A stretch of 64,000 bases of DNA from an uncultured virus (IMG/VR IMGVR_UViG_3300032167_000103) (IMGVR_UViG_3300032167_000103:1-64000); one strand, 5' to 3'. Shown: positions 1 through 10,127, counted from the first letter of the stretch. Notes: generated by a model not told the origin, from the sequence alone. Made by a program: numbers and translations.

Positions 1-520
1 CTCACATTTAATAATATCGAGAACTTTAATACTGTTTCCAGCATTATGTACATTGATAAATATCATATCATTTCGGATAAAAGTTGGATGGTTCGTTCGG
101 TTGAAGAGCTCGCAAGTTTGACCCCCCATAGTTTCAATAGAGCCGCATGAAGCTGTTAAGATGATCCACAAAGTTATTTCACTATATGTTGCTATTAAGG
201 ATCGTCCTAAACGTACAAGAGTTGTGAGGAAGACTATCAAAAAGGAAGTTCCGGTGTCAAATACACCTAATGCACCGAAAGAGGAAAAAGATTACACAGT
301 GGCCAGAATTCTTAAACCTGCTAAAGAGGTAAAAGAATACGTTCAGAGAATGACAAAGCAATCCAGTGGATCTAGAAGACCTGCAGAATACACCGTTGAA
401 GAATGGGAACGTACAGCTCATCAACGACATTATGCAGATGGACGCGTTGTTTGGGTAAGAGGTACAATTTGTCACAGACAGTTGCCTCTTACTCAAAAAG
501 AAATTCACATCAAGCTGTAA
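1..520 (+). CDS. 3' part of hypothetical phage protein, apparently frameshifted at a C6 tract (122-127)
   Basis: Frame 1 is open from 1 to 147; frame 2 is open from 122 to 520; no RBS before the ATG at 161; C-terminal WERTAHQRHYADGRVVWVRG motif. Confidence 0.5.
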
Positions 521-525
521 AAACA

Positions 526-564
526 AAAAAAGAAAGGTGGTCGATCATGACCACCTTTCTTTTT
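526..564. terminator. bidirectional hairpin terminator
   Basis: AAGAAAGGTGGTC/GACCACCTTTCTT stem with A and T tracts, between convergent genes. Confidence 0.8.
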
Positions 565-1090
565 ATACAATTTGAAATGCTCTTGCCAAATAAAATCCAG
601 ACTCTGGAACTGGTCCTTCAAATTTCTTTTTTATTACTAAGGCTAATCTAGGAGATGAATAAACCTTATATGCAAAATTATTCAACTCTGCTTTCTTAAA
701 TCTTAAAACGAACAGAGTTTTATTAATTGGGATTTCATGCGTAAAACCAGGAATTGAAATATTAATTATATCGCCTTTTTGAAGAGATTCAGGATCCATT
801 TCAATCCATCCTTCATTTGATCTTGATAATTCTTCACCATAATACATTTTTTCTCTAGCATCAGTATTCTCTGGTTTAGATATATCTAATTCTGTCAAAT
901 TTATTTCAGGATCATCAATTAATGCATTCCATAATGCATTTTCTGGAATAATTAATACTGAAAAGTTTTTGGCTGTTTTAGATTGAATCACGTGATTCAA
1001 GTAAGTATATTCTTGTAAACCAATTCTACTCATTACATTTTTAAATCCGAGTACTGCGTCGGCAATACTAGGGACTTTCTTAGTTGCCAT
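563..1090 (-). CDS. hypothetical protein
   Basis: 175-aa ORF with AGGAGG RBS. Confidence 0.75.
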   Translation of the reverse strand: MATKKVPSIADAVLGFKNVMSRIGLQEYTYLNHVIQSKTAKNFSVLIIPENALWNALIDDPEINLTELDISKPENTDAREKMYYGEELSRSNEGWIEMDPESLQKGDIINISIPGFTHEIPINKTLFVLRFKKAELNNFAYKVYSSPRLALVIKKKFEGPVPESGFYLARAFQIV

Positions 1091-1836
1091 TTCTTACTAC
1101 CTCCTAACTTATTAATTGTAGCTGTACGTGGTACAAAAGGATTCACTTCCTTTAATTTTTCATAATAATAATTTGTCATAAGCTTAGAATACTTTTCATT
1201 GCTTTTACCTTGAGAAATTAATCTTGCTAAAAGTAATCCTAGTGTATAATTGAACTCTTTACCTGATGGTCCGAAAACAGCTAAATCCAAATCAATTCTG
1301 ACAGCTCTATCGAATTTATTTATCCTTAAATAATTCGATGAAAGTTTATCACTTAAGGTGATGATATCTACCATAGTTCTGATATTTTCTGGAAGTTCTA
1401 AGTACACTGGAAGAATCGGACATGAATGAAAGAATATTGGATATAATACTTCAATATCATCTAATTCAAGTTCTTTATTCAGAAATATACCTGCAGCTAA
1501 TGGATGTAATTGGATATCTGTATTGAAATAATCTCCAATATTAAACGTATCAAGAATATCAAGATTTTTTCTGACATAGAAATTATTGTTTTGAGGAATT
1601 ATAATTTCATTCCATTTCTTTTCGCCTGCAAGTGGATTAAGAGCTCTATCTTTAAATAAATCATGAGCCAAAGCTGCTAAAGCTAATTTTTCATCATCGC
1701 ATGGTTTTCCCAACTTTTCATTCAGTACATATGCATATTCTCGTACAAGTTGGATATGATTCATATGATATTCATATTTAAAATTATTACCATGAATAAA
1801 CTCGTTGAGTTCTAATAGTGTTTCTTGTGTAATCAT
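1033..1836 (-). CDS. HD-domain phosphohydrolase (YqeK-like)
   Basis: H...ALAHDLFK...LHPLAAG...FFHS...LSDKL motif series; GGAGG RBS. Confidence 0.7.
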   Translation of the reverse strand: MITQETLLELNEFIHGNNFKYEYHMNHIQLVREYAYVLNEKLGKPCDDEKLALAALAHDLFKDRALNPLAGEKKWNEIIIPQNNNFYVRKNLDILDTFNIGDYFNTDIQLHPLAAGIFLNKELELDDIEVLYPIFFHSCPILPVYLELPENIRTMVDIITLSDKLSSNYLRINKFDRAVRIDLDLAVFGPSGKEFNYTLGLLLARLISQGKSNEKYSKLMTNYYYEKLKEVNPFVPRTATINKLGGSKKWQLRKSLVLPTQYSDLKM

Positions 1837-1873
1837 AATTATATACCTCCGTTGTATTAGTTATTACACTAAT

Positions 1874-1883
1874 AGAATATATA
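1874..1883 (-). promoter_or_regulatory. putative phage promoter TATATATTCT
   Basis: Recurrent motif about 40 nt upstream of the HD gene. Confidence 0.55.
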
Positions 1884-1894
1884 ATTTATTTGGG

Positions 1895-1904
1895 TATATA
1901 TTAT
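1895..1904 (+). promoter_or_regulatory. putative phage promoter TATATATTAT
   Basis: Recurrent motif, divergent from the copy at 1874. Confidence 0.55.
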
Positions 1905-1962
1905 TATATTAGAAAGAATAAATAATTACTATCAATATTCAACATCCAAGGAGGAATTCATT

Positions 1963-2835
1963 ATGAATAACAACAAAAGAAATTTAAGAGTAAGAAGACG
2001 TTTAAATGCGAGAAGACGTCGTAGAATGACAATTAACACCATCAAATTTATACTATCTACACTCATTGTCATTGCACTTATTTTCATCGCACATGGTTTT
2101 ATTAGTAATGCTAAAAATGATGATCTAAAAATCGTTAATGTTACTACAGAGGAAATCAAAAATGCTAGTTATACTAATCCAACAGCAACAGAGATACCTC
2201 TGTCCAAAGATGCCTCGTACGTTAATATAGAGATACCTATTAGTACACAAGCACCTATTACTACACGACCTAAAACAGATCTTGAAATTTTAGAAGAGGA
2301 GTTAGGCAATAAGAAAATTAAACTTGATCATGAAATATTAATTAACTATGATCTGCCAAGTAAATATTACAATGATAAAGACTTTTCAAGTTTTCAGCCT
2401 TATATGGATTATCATCACATTACTGATGAAACATCTTCAGCATACGCAGTAACTCGTAGTGATAATGCATATGTGGATGAGTATGGAATGCTCAGATATT
2501 CATTAAAAGAAGATCAATTCAGTATTGACGGAAAGGATGATTTTGTAATTGCTCTTGGAACATTCTATAAATCATCTGAAAAATGTGGTGAGAGGTTCTT
2601 AATTGTTACGAGTACTGGTATGTATACTGCAACCACTGGTGATACAAAAGATGATAAACACACTGATCAATATCATATGTTTTCCAGTCATTGTAAAGGA
2701 ACAAAAGCTGGGCTAATTGAGTGGTTAGTTGATGTAGATAAATTGGAAGATCTTCCAAAACGAGCAGGTTCTATTACCTACTCATCTCATGAAGAATTAC
2801 AAGGAGAAATCCTTTACATATATAAAATTCAATAA
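1963..2835 (+). CDS. membrane-anchored extracellular protein, possibly cell-wall-acting
   Basis: Arg-rich N-terminus plus one TM helix, T/P-rich linker and a globular C-terminal domain; AGGAGG RBS. Confidence 0.5.
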   Translation: MNNNKRNLRVRRRLNARRRRRMTINTIKFILSTLIVIALIFIAHGFISNAKNDDLKIVNVTTEEIKNASYTNPTATEIPLSKDASYVNIEIPISTQAPITTRPKTDLEILEEELGNKKIKLDHEILINYDLPSKYYNDKDFSSFQPYMDYHHITDETSSAYAVTRSDNAYVDEYGMLRYSLKEDQFSIDGKDDFVIALGTFYKSSEKCGERFLIVTSTGMYTATTGDTKDDKHTDQYHMFSSHCKGTKAGLIEWLVDVDKLEDLPKRAGSITYSSHEELQGEILYIYKIQ

Positions 2836-2850
2836 AATATTCTTTCTGAT

Positions 2851-2886
2851 ATGGAGGCACAATTTTGTGCCTCCATTATTTTTTTT
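2851..2886 (+). terminator. intrinsic terminator
   Basis: ATGGAGGCAC/GTGCCTCCAT stem followed by a T tract. Confidence 0.8.
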
Positions 2887-2941
2887 CATTTTATGATATG
2901 ATTTACTAATTAGATAATAAATATAAAGGAGGTGTATACAT

Positions 2942-3499
2942 ATGGATTGGTATACATTTGGTAGTGCTATTATGGAACATATTATGATTCCAATAATCAT
3001 TGCTTTAGGAACAGCTCTTTTGCTTATTTTCAAAAATAGATTTGATAAAATCTCTAAGAGTATTGTTGCTAAGAATGAAATGGAAGAAATGGAAAAATCT
3101 ACAAATATCAGAAAACAACTGATTGATACCATTGAAACACAGGTAAAGGCATCTGTTGCTACAATAATGCCTATTGCTAATAGAATGAAAGAAAGAGGAG
3201 AAGGACTTAGTGATGAAGAAGGATTGATGTTAAAAGAAAAAGCTAAGAATTTAACATTAAATACTTTTCCACCTAGTCTTACTCAAGAGGGTGGAGTTCT
3301 ATTAGAGATTATAGGTGGTAGAGAACGTCTCGATTCTATTATTGATTCTTTGATAGAAAAACATGTTTTTGAGTATAAAGGATCACCAACACCACAGATA
3401 GTTCAAAGTTCTAACGTCGTAGAAAACAATAATACACGTCCAACTCGACAATATAAGAACAATGTTATGGCTACTCATTCTGATAATTCCGTAGGTTAA
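2942..3499 (+). CDS. single-TM protein, possibly LL-H-type holin-like
   Basis: N-terminal TM helix followed by a helical soluble region; AGGAGG RBS; holin call is tentative. Confidence 0.4.
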   Translation: MDWYTFGSAIMEHIMIPIIIALGTALLLIFKNRFDKISKSIVAKNEMEEMEKSTNIRKQLIDTIETQVKASVATIMPIANRMKERGEGLSDEEGLMLKEKAKNLTLNTFPPSLTQEGGVLLEIIGGRERLDSIIDSLIEKHVFEYKGSPTPQIVQSSNVVENNNTRPTRQYKNNVMATHSDNSVG

Positions 3500-3501
3500 T
3501 C

Positions 3502-3541
3502 AAATATGGAATGGGTGTAATAACACCCATTCCATATTTTT
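3502..3541 (+). terminator. hairpin terminator
   Basis: AAATATGGAATGGGTGT/ACACCCATTCCATATTT stem. Confidence 0.75.
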
Positions 3542-3598
3542 GTCATTATACGTAAAGTACCAAGTTCATAATACAAACTTTAGAGAGGTGATTAAATA

Positions 3599-6412
3599 AT
3601 GAGATTAGAAATTCTGGATATTGACAGATTAATTGCTGTCAATAAACTCCAAGAGGTAACATCTCCTCGTTTATTTTCAAATAAGATGATGTTTGATCCT
3701 CAAGGTATTTTATCAAATGAGATTTTTGGTATTTCTAAGAGTGATCGTAGATCTACTTTCGCTTATATCAATTTAAGACGACATTTCATTCATCCTCATA
3801 TCTATAATAAAGTTCTTAAAGGAATTTTTAGAGGTATAATCTACATTGTATCAGGACAAAAATATTATTCTGTAAAGAACGGATTGTTAGTCGAGGATCC
3901 TGATAATGGATGGACAGGACTGGAAAATCTTTATAATCATTGGAATGAAATTGATTGGAGTAAATCTCAATCAGCAAATAAGACGAATAAAAAGGTTTTG
4001 ATGAATATTACTCGTGATCAGGTATTCATTGATAAAATGCTGGTTTGTCCTCCAGCATATCGTGATGTAATGATTGCTGGCACAGTTGACTCATCTGACC
4101 ACGTAAATGAATTAAATGATCTTTATGTAAGATTAATTCGTTCAGTAGCTCTATTAAGCGAGGGTGGACTATTTGCTCGTACTCAATATGCTACACAGAC
4201 TAAGATTCAAGATACTCTTGTAGAAATTATGGAATATTTTAAGAAACAGATTTCTCGTAAACAAGGTCTTATCAGAAAGAATCTTATTGGTAAATCTGTA
4301 GACTATGGTGTACGTGCAGTTATTTCTGCTCCTTCGTATAATAATGAACGAATTGAAGACAATATCATTGATATTGAACATACTGCAGTACCAATTTCAA
4401 TGTGTTGTTCGATGTTTTATCCTTTTATCGAATCATATTTACGTAATTTCTTTACACGAGAAATTATTAATGATCCGAACTTGATCACATTCTATGATAT
4501 TGAAAATAAAAGAAGTTTTACTGCTCAAATTAAAGATCCTGATATTCAATTTTCTGAAAAGAATATAAGAAAGATGATAAACGATTATTGTTTAAATCCG
4601 GATAATAGATTCAGGGTTCTTTCAGTAGATGTTATTATTCCACAAGCTAGTGGAAATAAAACTGTAAAAGCTTCTCTTGTAATGAAGGGTAAACAAATTC
4701 TTCCTAATGATAGTACAACAATGTTGAATAGAGCTATGACTATTACAGATGTTTTATATTTAGCATGTGTTGATGCTTGTGAAAAACGTCATGTAATGGT
4801 GTCTCGATATCCAGTAGGTACTGACAAAGGTATTTACTTTAATAAGATTAGAGTTCAATCAACAATCAATCATATTAAATTAGTATTCAATGGAAAAGAA
4901 TATCCATATTACCCAGATATTGATTTCAAGATCGATCAGAATAAAGTTGGAGTTCAATTTATCGATACCCTTGTACTGTCAAATTCACATTGTGATGGTA
5001 TGGGTGCAGATTATGATGGTGACGTGTTATCAGCAAGAGGTATTTGGTCTGATGAAGCAAATATGGAAGCTGAAGAAATCATGAATCGTAAAATGTCTGC
5101 ATTAAACATTACTGGTGCGAATAGTAAAGTAGTAGCTAAAGAAGTATTTAACTCATTATATGAGTTAACAAAGATTGGTGAAAAACCTGTAGCAAAAGTT
5201 GTTAGACCTTTAGATGCTGAAATGTATCTAAAAATGAGTCCTTCTGATATTACACGTACTTTCTTAGCAGATACATTTGCAGATATGGTAGATTGCACAG
5301 TTAAAAATGTAGCTGGTAAAAATGCACCAAGATATAGAACTTGGGATAAAATTACAATTCCTGCTAAACATTTTTATGAAGGACAAAAAGAAATTGAAAC
5401 TACTATAGGTAGATACATTGCTAACAAATTTATGTTTGAAGGATCAAATATTATTGAACAAATTGGTTTCGTTAATGAAACTATGAATAAAAAAGTTGTT
5501 GGTAATATTGATACTAAAGTAGGTCAATTATATTTGGAAGATAATATTAATAGAACGCAATTCAATATGTATCTTGACAGAAGAGATACTCTCGGTTATT
5601 GGTTGAATGGTATGCTTGCACATACTATTTCTGAAAAGATGACTAAACCATTACCAGAAATTGAGAAAAAGAAAGCTGAACTTTGTAAGAAATATGAGAA
5701 AGAATTAGCTGAAGGTAATATCGATGTAATGACTCAGATTAGTGATGAATTAGTTGCTTATGCTAAAGAATTACTTAAAGGAGATCCCGGCATGGATCTA
5801 TATGATTCTGGTGACCTTGATTTTGGTAATAACTATAAAAACAATTCTATTATCAAGGGTGCAGTAATGAATAAAATCACTGGTGAGTTTGACTTTATTG
5901 ATACATCATTTATGGATGGTATTAATGTTAAAGATATTCCTGCTCATGCTAATTCAATTCTTGCTTCTCAGTATCCTGCATCTATTGCTACAGCTGATGC
6001 TGGTTATATGGGTAAAAAGTTATTAGCATTACTTCAGATGATGGAAGTTGATGAACCTGGAACTGATTGTGGCACAAAGAATCTCATTCCTGTAAATATT
6101 ACTAAACATAATATGAATGACATGCTTTATACTTATATCGAAGAAGGATCTCAACTGAAGATGTTAACACGTGAAAACATTGGATCCTATGTTGGTAAGA
6201 GTGTAATGATGAGATCTCCAATGTCTTGTAAGAATGAAAAGATTTGTTCAAAGTGTGCTGGACAATTATTCTATTTACTTGATGCTAAACATGCAGGATT
6301 GTTTGCAACTCAGATTTCACATGCTGCTCTTAACCTTGGATTGAAAGCTAAACACAATAGCTTAGTAGAACTATTTACTTTAAACCCAGATGTGCTTATT
6401 GAAGATCTATAA
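3599..6412 (+). CDS. rpoC: phage multisubunit RNA polymerase beta-prime subunit (N-terminus to trigger loop)
   Basis: GKSVDYGVRAVIS, SRYP, catalytic GADYDGD, bridge helix TADAGYMGKKL, DCGT...RSPMSC...CSKC Zn site, trigger loop ATQISHAALNLGLKAKH. Confidence 0.93.
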   Translation: MRLEILDIDRLIAVNKLQEVTSPRLFSNKMMFDPQGILSNEIFGISKSDRRSTFAYINLRRHFIHPHIYNKVLKGIFRGIIYIVSGQKYYSVKNGLLVEDPDNGWTGLENLYNHWNEIDWSKSQSANKTNKKVLMNITRDQVFIDKMLVCPPAYRDVMIAGTVDSSDHVNELNDLYVRLIRSVALLSEGGLFARTQYATQTKIQDTLVEIMEYFKKQISRKQGLIRKNLIGKSVDYGVRAVISAPSYNNERIEDNIIDIEHTAVPISMCCSMFYPFIESYLRNFFTREIINDPNLITFYDIENKRSFTAQIKDPDIQFSEKNIRKMINDYCLNPDNRFRVLSVDVIIPQASGNKTVKASLVMKGKQILPNDSTTMLNRAMTITDVLYLACVDACEKRHVMVSRYPVGTDKGIYFNKIRVQSTINHIKLVFNGKEYPYYPDIDFKIDQNKVGVQFIDTLVLSNSHCDGMGADYDGDVLSARGIWSDEANMEAEEIMNRKMSALNITGANSKVVAKEVFNSLYELTKIGEKPVAKVVRPLDAEMYLKMSPSDITRTFLADTFADMVDCTVKNVAGKNAPRYRTWDKITIPAKHFYEGQKEIETTIGRYIANKFMFEGSNIIEQIGFVNETMNKKVVGNIDTKVGQLYLEDNINRTQFNMYLDRRDTLGYWLNGMLAHTISEKMTKPLPEIEKKKAELCKKYEKELAEGNIDVMTQISDELVAYAKELLKGDPGMDLYDSGDLDFGNNYKNNSIIKGAVMNKITGEFDFIDTSFMDGINVKDIPAHANSILASQYPASIATADAGYMGKKLLALLQMMEVDEPGTDCGTKNLIPVNITKHNMNDMLYTYIEEGSQLKMLTRENIGSYVGKSVMMRSPMSCKNEKICSKCAGQLFYLLDAKHAGLFATQISHAALNLGLKAKHNSLVELFTLNPDVLIEDL

Positions 6413-6419
6413 AGATAAT

Positions 6420-6429
6420 TATATATTCT
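6420..6429 (+). promoter_or_regulatory. putative phage promoter TATATATTCT
   Basis: Recurrent motif upstream of 6513. Confidence 0.55.
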
Positions 6430-6512
6430 AACATTAGAGAAGTGGATAGAATATTAATTAATTCTGAACTTCACTAAGCAAATAACAATTTAACACAAGG
6501 AGGATTATTTAC

Positions 6513-7286
6513 ATGAGTACAATCAAACTTTCAACACAGTGCCCTAATTGTAAAAAACAAATCAATCTGTCTGCAGAAGTACCTAATACAGGTACAGTAG
6601 TCCCTGCAACACGAAGCAATCTCCAGCCAATCGGTGATATCTTAGTATATAAGATCACCTCTGAAGATCTTAAGAAATTTATTATGGAGAAGGCAAAATT
6701 CTATTGTAAAAACGTGAAAATGGAAATCGTTCCACGCTATTGTGAAAAGAAACGTAGACGTGATAATGAACCTCATCGTTCTTATGCTTCACTTCGTATT
6801 GCATTCTCTGAAGATATTCTTGTTAAGAAAGAAGATCTTGGCTGGTACGGAAAAATTGGCGAATCTGCTGATAATCTGAGAATTGAAAATTCTATCTTTA
6901 CTCATCTCATCAAGAAGTATGGGTATAACACTAAGGATCTTGAAGCATGGTTAAAGAGCTATCGTAATCTTGAGGAACTGGAAGAATGTCTTGGTATGAC
7001 TGAGAGTTACATTTCCGATCTTAAGACTTATTCAACTCCTCAGCGTATTACAACTACAAATGGTGAAAAGTGGATTTTCTTTGCAGCTGCAGCAGAAAAC
7101 GTAATCAAGGATATGTTAGAAGATCCTGAAACAGGTATGCTTCCTGGTCGTTTGCAGATTCATGATGTTTATAAGATCTCTGATGATATTGTGGAATTCG
7201 TTGTTTATCTCCATCCTCAGGAATTGAAGATGAAAGAGAATCCTCATGTACGTCAGATTCTTATGGGAAGCGACAAAAAGAAGTAA
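6513..7286 (+). CDS. hypothetical protein
   Basis: 257-aa ORF, AGGAGG RBS, N-terminal CPNC. Confidence 0.8.
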   Translation: MSTIKLSTQCPNCKKQINLSAEVPNTGTVVPATRSNLQPIGDILVYKITSEDLKKFIMEKAKFYCKNVKMEIVPRYCEKKRRRDNEPHRSYASLRIAFSEDILVKKEDLGWYGKIGESADNLRIENSIFTHLIKKYGYNTKDLEAWLKSYRNLEELEECLGMTESYISDLKTYSTPQRITTTNGEKWIFFAAAAENVIKDMLEDPETGMLPGRLQIHDVYKISDDIVEFVVYLHPQELKMKENPHVRQILMGSDKKK

Positions 7287-7355
7287 TGTATAATGATCTC
7301 ATAACGAGATCGTTTACATAATAAACATTAAAAACATCCAAGGAGGAAATTAACA

Positions 7356-7616
7356 ATGGCAACTATCAAAGGTAAGGTAAAGTGGTTTAATCCTAAGAAG
7401 CGTTACGGATACATTACAGACAGTGAAGGAAATGATCATTTCGTTCATGCTAGCGGAATTAAGGAAGCTCGTATGGTTCCTAGCTTTGAAGACGGTGATG
7501 AAGTTGAGTTCGAACTCACCAATGGTAAGAAGGGACAGCAGGCTACTAATGTTGTTCTTGTAACTAAGGTTGAAGATATGAAAGATAACGAAGAACCTAC
7601 TTGCAGCCCTGAATAA
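7356..7616 (+). CDS. csp: cold-shock domain protein
   Basis: KGKVKWFN, RNP1-like KRYGYI, RNP2-like HFVH, GDEVEFE...KGQQATNV. Confidence 0.92.
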   Translation: MATIKGKVKWFNPKKRYGYITDSEGNDHFVHASGIKEARMVPSFEDGDEVEFELTNGKKGQQATNVVLVTKVEDMKDNEEPTCSPE

Positions 7617-7634
7617 TAAATCATATAACAGTGT

Positions 7635-7676
7635 AATATCGGTTGGGAGCAATGTCTCCCAACCGATATTTTTTTT
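7635..7676 (+). terminator. intrinsic terminator
   Basis: AATATCGGTTGGGAG/CTCCCAACCGATATT stem followed by a long T tract. Confidence 0.85.
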
Positions 7677-7732
7677 ATTTTTTTTATTTTATAAACAGGA
7701 GTGTAAAAATATGAAAAGGAGATGATTACACA

Positions 7733-8185
7733 ATGCCTAGTTTCAAAGTAAATGGAAGTAATACTACTATAAAAAGTACACCTACTCCACCACCAAAATC
7801 AAAAAATAATTTTAAAGTAACTGATAATTCAGCTACTAAGAAGTCTGTTGTTTCTAAAAAAGTAGAAGAAAAAATACAATCTGTGGAAATTCCTAAAAAA
7901 GAAATAACTCCATCTACAGATCATAGAAAAGAAGAAGTTTCTAAATCAATGTCATTAAATGGTACATTTGCACCTATTCGTCGCAAAATGAGTAGAGATA
8001 CTGAAAGAAAGATTAATGAAGTAATTGAAGAAACTACAAAGGATAAAATTATCGCTTTAGATAAAGAAGGATTGAATACGTTTATGAATTCTATTGTGGA
8101 TATTCTGAGTGAAGAATTTGTTCATAGATCTGAAGTAGAATCAATTGTTCAGAAAACTTTACAAAAGATGGCGTTAGGGAAATAA
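7733..8185 (+). CDS. Lys/Ser-rich hypothetical protein
   Basis: 150-aa ORF, AAGGAG RBS. Confidence 0.7.
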   Translation: MPSFKVNGSNTTIKSTPTPPPKSKNNFKVTDNSATKKSVVSKKVEEKIQSVEIPKKEITPSTDHRKEEVSKSMSLNGTFAPIRRKMSRDTERKINEVIEETTKDKIIALDKEGLNTFMNSIVDILSEEFVHRSEVESIVQKTLQKMALGK

Positions 8186-8209
8186 TATCGTATATGATGA
8201 TAATAATAT

Positions 8210-8219
8210 AATATATTCT
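8210..8219 (+). promoter_or_regulatory. putative phage promoter AATATATTCT
   Basis: Recurrent motif upstream of 8279. Confidence 0.5.
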
Positions 8220-8278
8220 AAATATGTAATCAAGGCAAGGATACATTATAATCATTACATATTTGGAGGTAATTTTAT

Positions 8279-8665
8279 ATGAAGACCGCATTTATGATCG
8301 CTTTTGAGAAGGCTGCACAGACTGATGCTAACGCTGCTAAGATGCTCGATGATGCTAAGAAACTTCATCGTCGTAACATTGAAGAAGAGCGTGCTCGCAA
8401 GGCTATGGAAGAGAAGAGGAAGGCTGAAGAGAAAGCTATTGCTGATAAGAAATTGGCAGAGGAAATCAAGAAACTCAATTTATATGGATACCAAGTATCT
8501 CCATATCAGTATTCTCTCGAAACTGGAATTATTTGGGCTCGTGATATGGATGACGCTCATGATAAGTTAAGTCAGACATATGATGTGAAACATTCGTTCA
8601 GAGTTTCTATTTTCCCGATTGATCCAACTGTGGAACTCTATCGTATCGCAAAATACTATGAATAA
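8279..8665 (+). CDS. hypothetical protein with coiled-coil N-terminus
   Basis: 128-aa ORF, GGAGGT RBS. Confidence 0.75.
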   Translation: MKTAFMIAFEKAAQTDANAAKMLDDAKKLHRRNIEEERARKAMEEKRKAEEKAIADKKLAEEIKKLNLYGYQVSPYQYSLETGIIWARDMDDAHDKLSQTYDVKHSFRVSIFPIDPTVELYRIAKYYE

Positions 8666-8705
8666 AAAATAATGGGAGCCGTAAAAGCTCCCATTATTTT
8701 TTTTT
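8665..8705. terminator. bidirectional terminator
   Basis: AAAATAATGGGAGC/GCTCCCATTATTTT stem between convergent genes. Confidence 0.8.
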
Positions 8706-8709
8706 ATTT

Positions 8710-10023
8710 TTAATAATCCAATGCACGGTTATCGAAACCCGATTCATCAGGTTCTACAAATGATAGATGTTTTGTGAGTGTAGGAATAATAAATTTCTTA
8801 ATTGATTCCCAGATAGGTTTCTCATCTTTCTCTTTATTCAAATTCTTAAATGTAAATGTGAATGAATCGTCACCCTTGAATTTTAATCTTGAACGATTGC
8901 CTTCAATTAAACCATTATCCCTGCCATACATGATCATCGTTCTTAATGCATCAAAACCATATTTATGACTAAATACCATTTCAAATGATACACCCTTAGA
9001 GTTATTACCCGATTGATTAGAAGAACTCTTAATAGGTTCAACCATTACAACATGACCTGCAATACCATCTCCTTCTTCAGTGAAATCATCAGAAGGTTTA
9101 GCTGTTAATTTAATGATATTAAATGGATAATAAATCATGGTTTTTCCGCCAGGAATACTTTCATCTTGTTTCAAATAATTCTGTTGTTTAGCAACTGGAA
9201 TAAATGCGTTCATACTCATATTACTATTAATATGATTAATTCCATATATGATAATATTTGCTTCTTTACATAGAGGAATTATATCTTTGAAGAATCCTTT
9301 TAATGTTTTAGCATCTCTAGCTCCTTCTGTATTACCTCTCATTTTTTCAGCATCAGAAGCTTCTTTATTACTATCAGGATTAAATGTTTCATTAAGTACA
9401 GTGGTGATGGAGTCAATAATAATGATTGTTGGTTCAAAAATCATTACTTCATTTCCGAATTCATCTTTAAATCCAGATGGCACAATCATCTGATTTTTCA
9501 ATCTCATTTTTATTACATATGTTTTTACAATCATTTCCTGAATGATATCAAGACCAACAGCACCTGTACGAATAATGTATCTCTCATTAGTAAAGAATGA
9601 TGCAGGTAATTGTGTAATAGTTTCACATCTAGAAATATCAAAACGGTTTTCACAATCGAAATGAATACAGTTTGCGAACTTGTACTGTCTAATAATATTA
9701 GCTGCAATCTGAGCAGCTAGGGTAGTTTTGCCACTCCCAGAATTGCCTATAATTAGGTTAAATGTACCAGCAGCTTGTCCTACTCTAGGTTCCTGTTTAA
9801 TAATTTTTCCTAAATCATCGTGGATGTTAATTACAGACCCAAAATAATAATCAAACAGATGAAAACCAGTCTTTAGGAACGCAGTAGTAACATTTGTTTG
9901 AAAAAGGTTTTTCTTATCATTTTCTCTTAGTGCTGAAATTAGAGGATTATATGTTTGACGTTTATCCATCTGATCAGCAATTTTATCGAGAACATCTGTC
10001 TCGTTTTTCTTTTTAGTTGCCAT
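8710..10023 (-). CDS. uvsX: RecA/UvsX-family recombinase
   Basis: Walker A GNSGSGKTT, FDCE, Walker B IIIIDS, INH...IPGGK, all RecA-family motifs. Confidence 0.8.
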   Translation of the reverse strand: MATKKKNETDVLDKIADQMDKRQTYNPLISALRENDKKNLFQTNVTTAFLKTGFHLFDYYFGSVINIHDDLGKIIKQEPRVGQAAGTFNLIIGNSGSGKTTLAAQIAANIIRQYKFANCIHFDCENRFDISRCETITQLPASFFTNERYIIRTGAVGLDIIQEMIVKTYVIKMRLKNQMIVPSGFKDEFGNEVMIFEPTIIIIDSITTVLNETFNPDSNKEASDAEKMRGNTEGARDAKTLKGFFKDIIPLCKEANIIIYGINHINSNMSMNAFIPVAKQQNYLKQDESIPGGKTMIYYPFNIIKLTAKPSDDFTEEGDGIAGHVVMVEPIKSSSNQSGNNSKGVSFEMVFSHKYGFDALRTMIMYGRDNGLIEGNRSRLKFKGDDSFTFTFKNLNKEKDEKPIWESIKKFIIPTLTKHLSFVEPDESGFDNRALDY

Positions 10024-10070
10024 ATAAATAAGCTCCCTTCTTTTTATAAAGTGTTTATCTCATCAGGTTC

Positions 10071-10080
10071 AGAATATATA
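10071..10080 (-). promoter_or_regulatory. putative phage promoter TATATATTCT
   Basis: Recurrent motif about 48 nt upstream of the recombinase start. Confidence 0.55.
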
Positions 10081-10094
10081 AGTTAAGAATATTT

Positions 10095-10125
10095 ATATGA
10101 GGATGGGAACTTCCCATCCTCATAT
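10095..10125. terminator. palindromic hairpin
   Basis: ATATGAGGATGGGAA-C-TTCCCATCCTCATAT. Confidence 0.65.
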
Positions 10126-10127
10126 TC

